A stretch of DNA of 64,000 nucleotides, from positions 12,090,001 to 12,154,000 of the forward strand of contig NC_058368.1 of NCBI RefSeq assembly GCF_018350175.1, written 5' to 3'. Shown here in pieces: positions 63,340 through 64,000 of the stretch. This stretch comes from Felis catus. Its lineage: Eukaryota. The position numbers were made by a program, and so were the translations under genes. Within the stretch, counting starts at the first letter, position 1, and every line of letters starts with the position of its first letter. The notes beneath the pieces were generated by a model. That model was not told the origin of the DNA and ran no database searches. It was given only the letters and a program-made list of their open reading frames with translations.

Positions 63340-64000
63340 TTGAGTGCAGTTCTGATGCTTGTTTTGTCTCCTTAGATTGTGTTTGGTTGTTTTTGCCTTC
63401 TAGCATGTAATTTTGTAATGTTTTGTTGAACACCGGACATGATCTATGTGGTCAAAGGAACCAACAGGTTTGATTGTGAGGTTTTACGTTACTCTGGCTA
63501 GGAGTCAGGCTGTGTTTTCCGTTTGCCGTAGCTGTGGTATCAGAAGCTAAAATTTCTTCCAGTGTCTTTGTTATTTGTCTCTCTTATCATCTTTCCTTTT
63601 TTTCTAGAAACTTCTTTTGTTTTAAATTTTTTTAATGTTTATTTATTTTTGAGAGAAAGAGAGACAGAATGTGAGTTGGGGAGGGGCAGAGAGAGAGGGA
63701 GACACAGAATCCGAAGCAGACCCCAGGCTCTGAGCTGTCAGCACAGAGCCCGACATGGGGCTCGAAATCATGAACCGGGAGATCATGACCTGAGCTGAAG
63801 TTGGACGCTCAACTGACTGAGACATCCAGGCGCCCATAGAAACTTCTTAGAGTCTGAGGCTCACAGTACTGTTGTTTATAATCCCCTGTTATTATACAGG
63901 AGTCCTTTGATGTGGCGGTAAGGTGTGGGGGGAAGGGGAATCATTCTGTAGTCCCATGACTGGGTCTCCATCTGTTGCTGAACCTGATTTGGATATATCT
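63340..64000 (-). mobile_element. Old L1 5' region (same family as 29020-29925), interrupted by a SINE and running off the window
   Basis: TTCTGATGCTTG...GTAATGTTTTGTTGAA...GGTAAGGTGTGGGGGGAAGGGGAA. Confidence 0.7.
63614..63835 (-). mobile_element. CanSINE
   Basis: Full SINE; TSD TAGAAACTTCTT. Confidence 0.97.

Noticed and set aside
591..63837. Recurrent ORFs containing WVAQSV..SAQVMIS..SGSVLTAQSLEP or ERETQNPKQAPGSELSAQSP
   Set aside because: Translations of CanSINE copies, not a protein family

Overview
Mammalian nuclear DNA from a cat-family (felid/feliform) genome, judged by about 32 tRNA-derived CanSINE copies of the feline SINEC_Fc type. I recognise no intact host protein-coding exon, RNA gene or CRISPR array. 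Every ORF in the supplied track is short, repeat-derived or unrecognisable. The window reads as a repeat-rich intron or intergenic region containing: the 3' end of a decayed class I ERV (env TM plus 3' LTR) at the start, an ERV-L integrase/dUTPase fossil, a CR1/L3 reverse-transcriptase fossil, many L1, L2 and MIR fragments, MaLR/ERVL solo LTRs, hAT and Tigger MITEs, and microsatellites. The best leads are a candidate 4-nt microexon or ATG-ending exon (31763-31766), a paired RFX X-box inverted repeat (17028-17071), the CR1 fossil inside an enhancer-like stretch, and three tandem SINE pairs sharing triplicated target sites. I found no convincing previously undescribed biological system. Repeat family names come from recall of consensus sequences, and boundaries of old elements are approximate.
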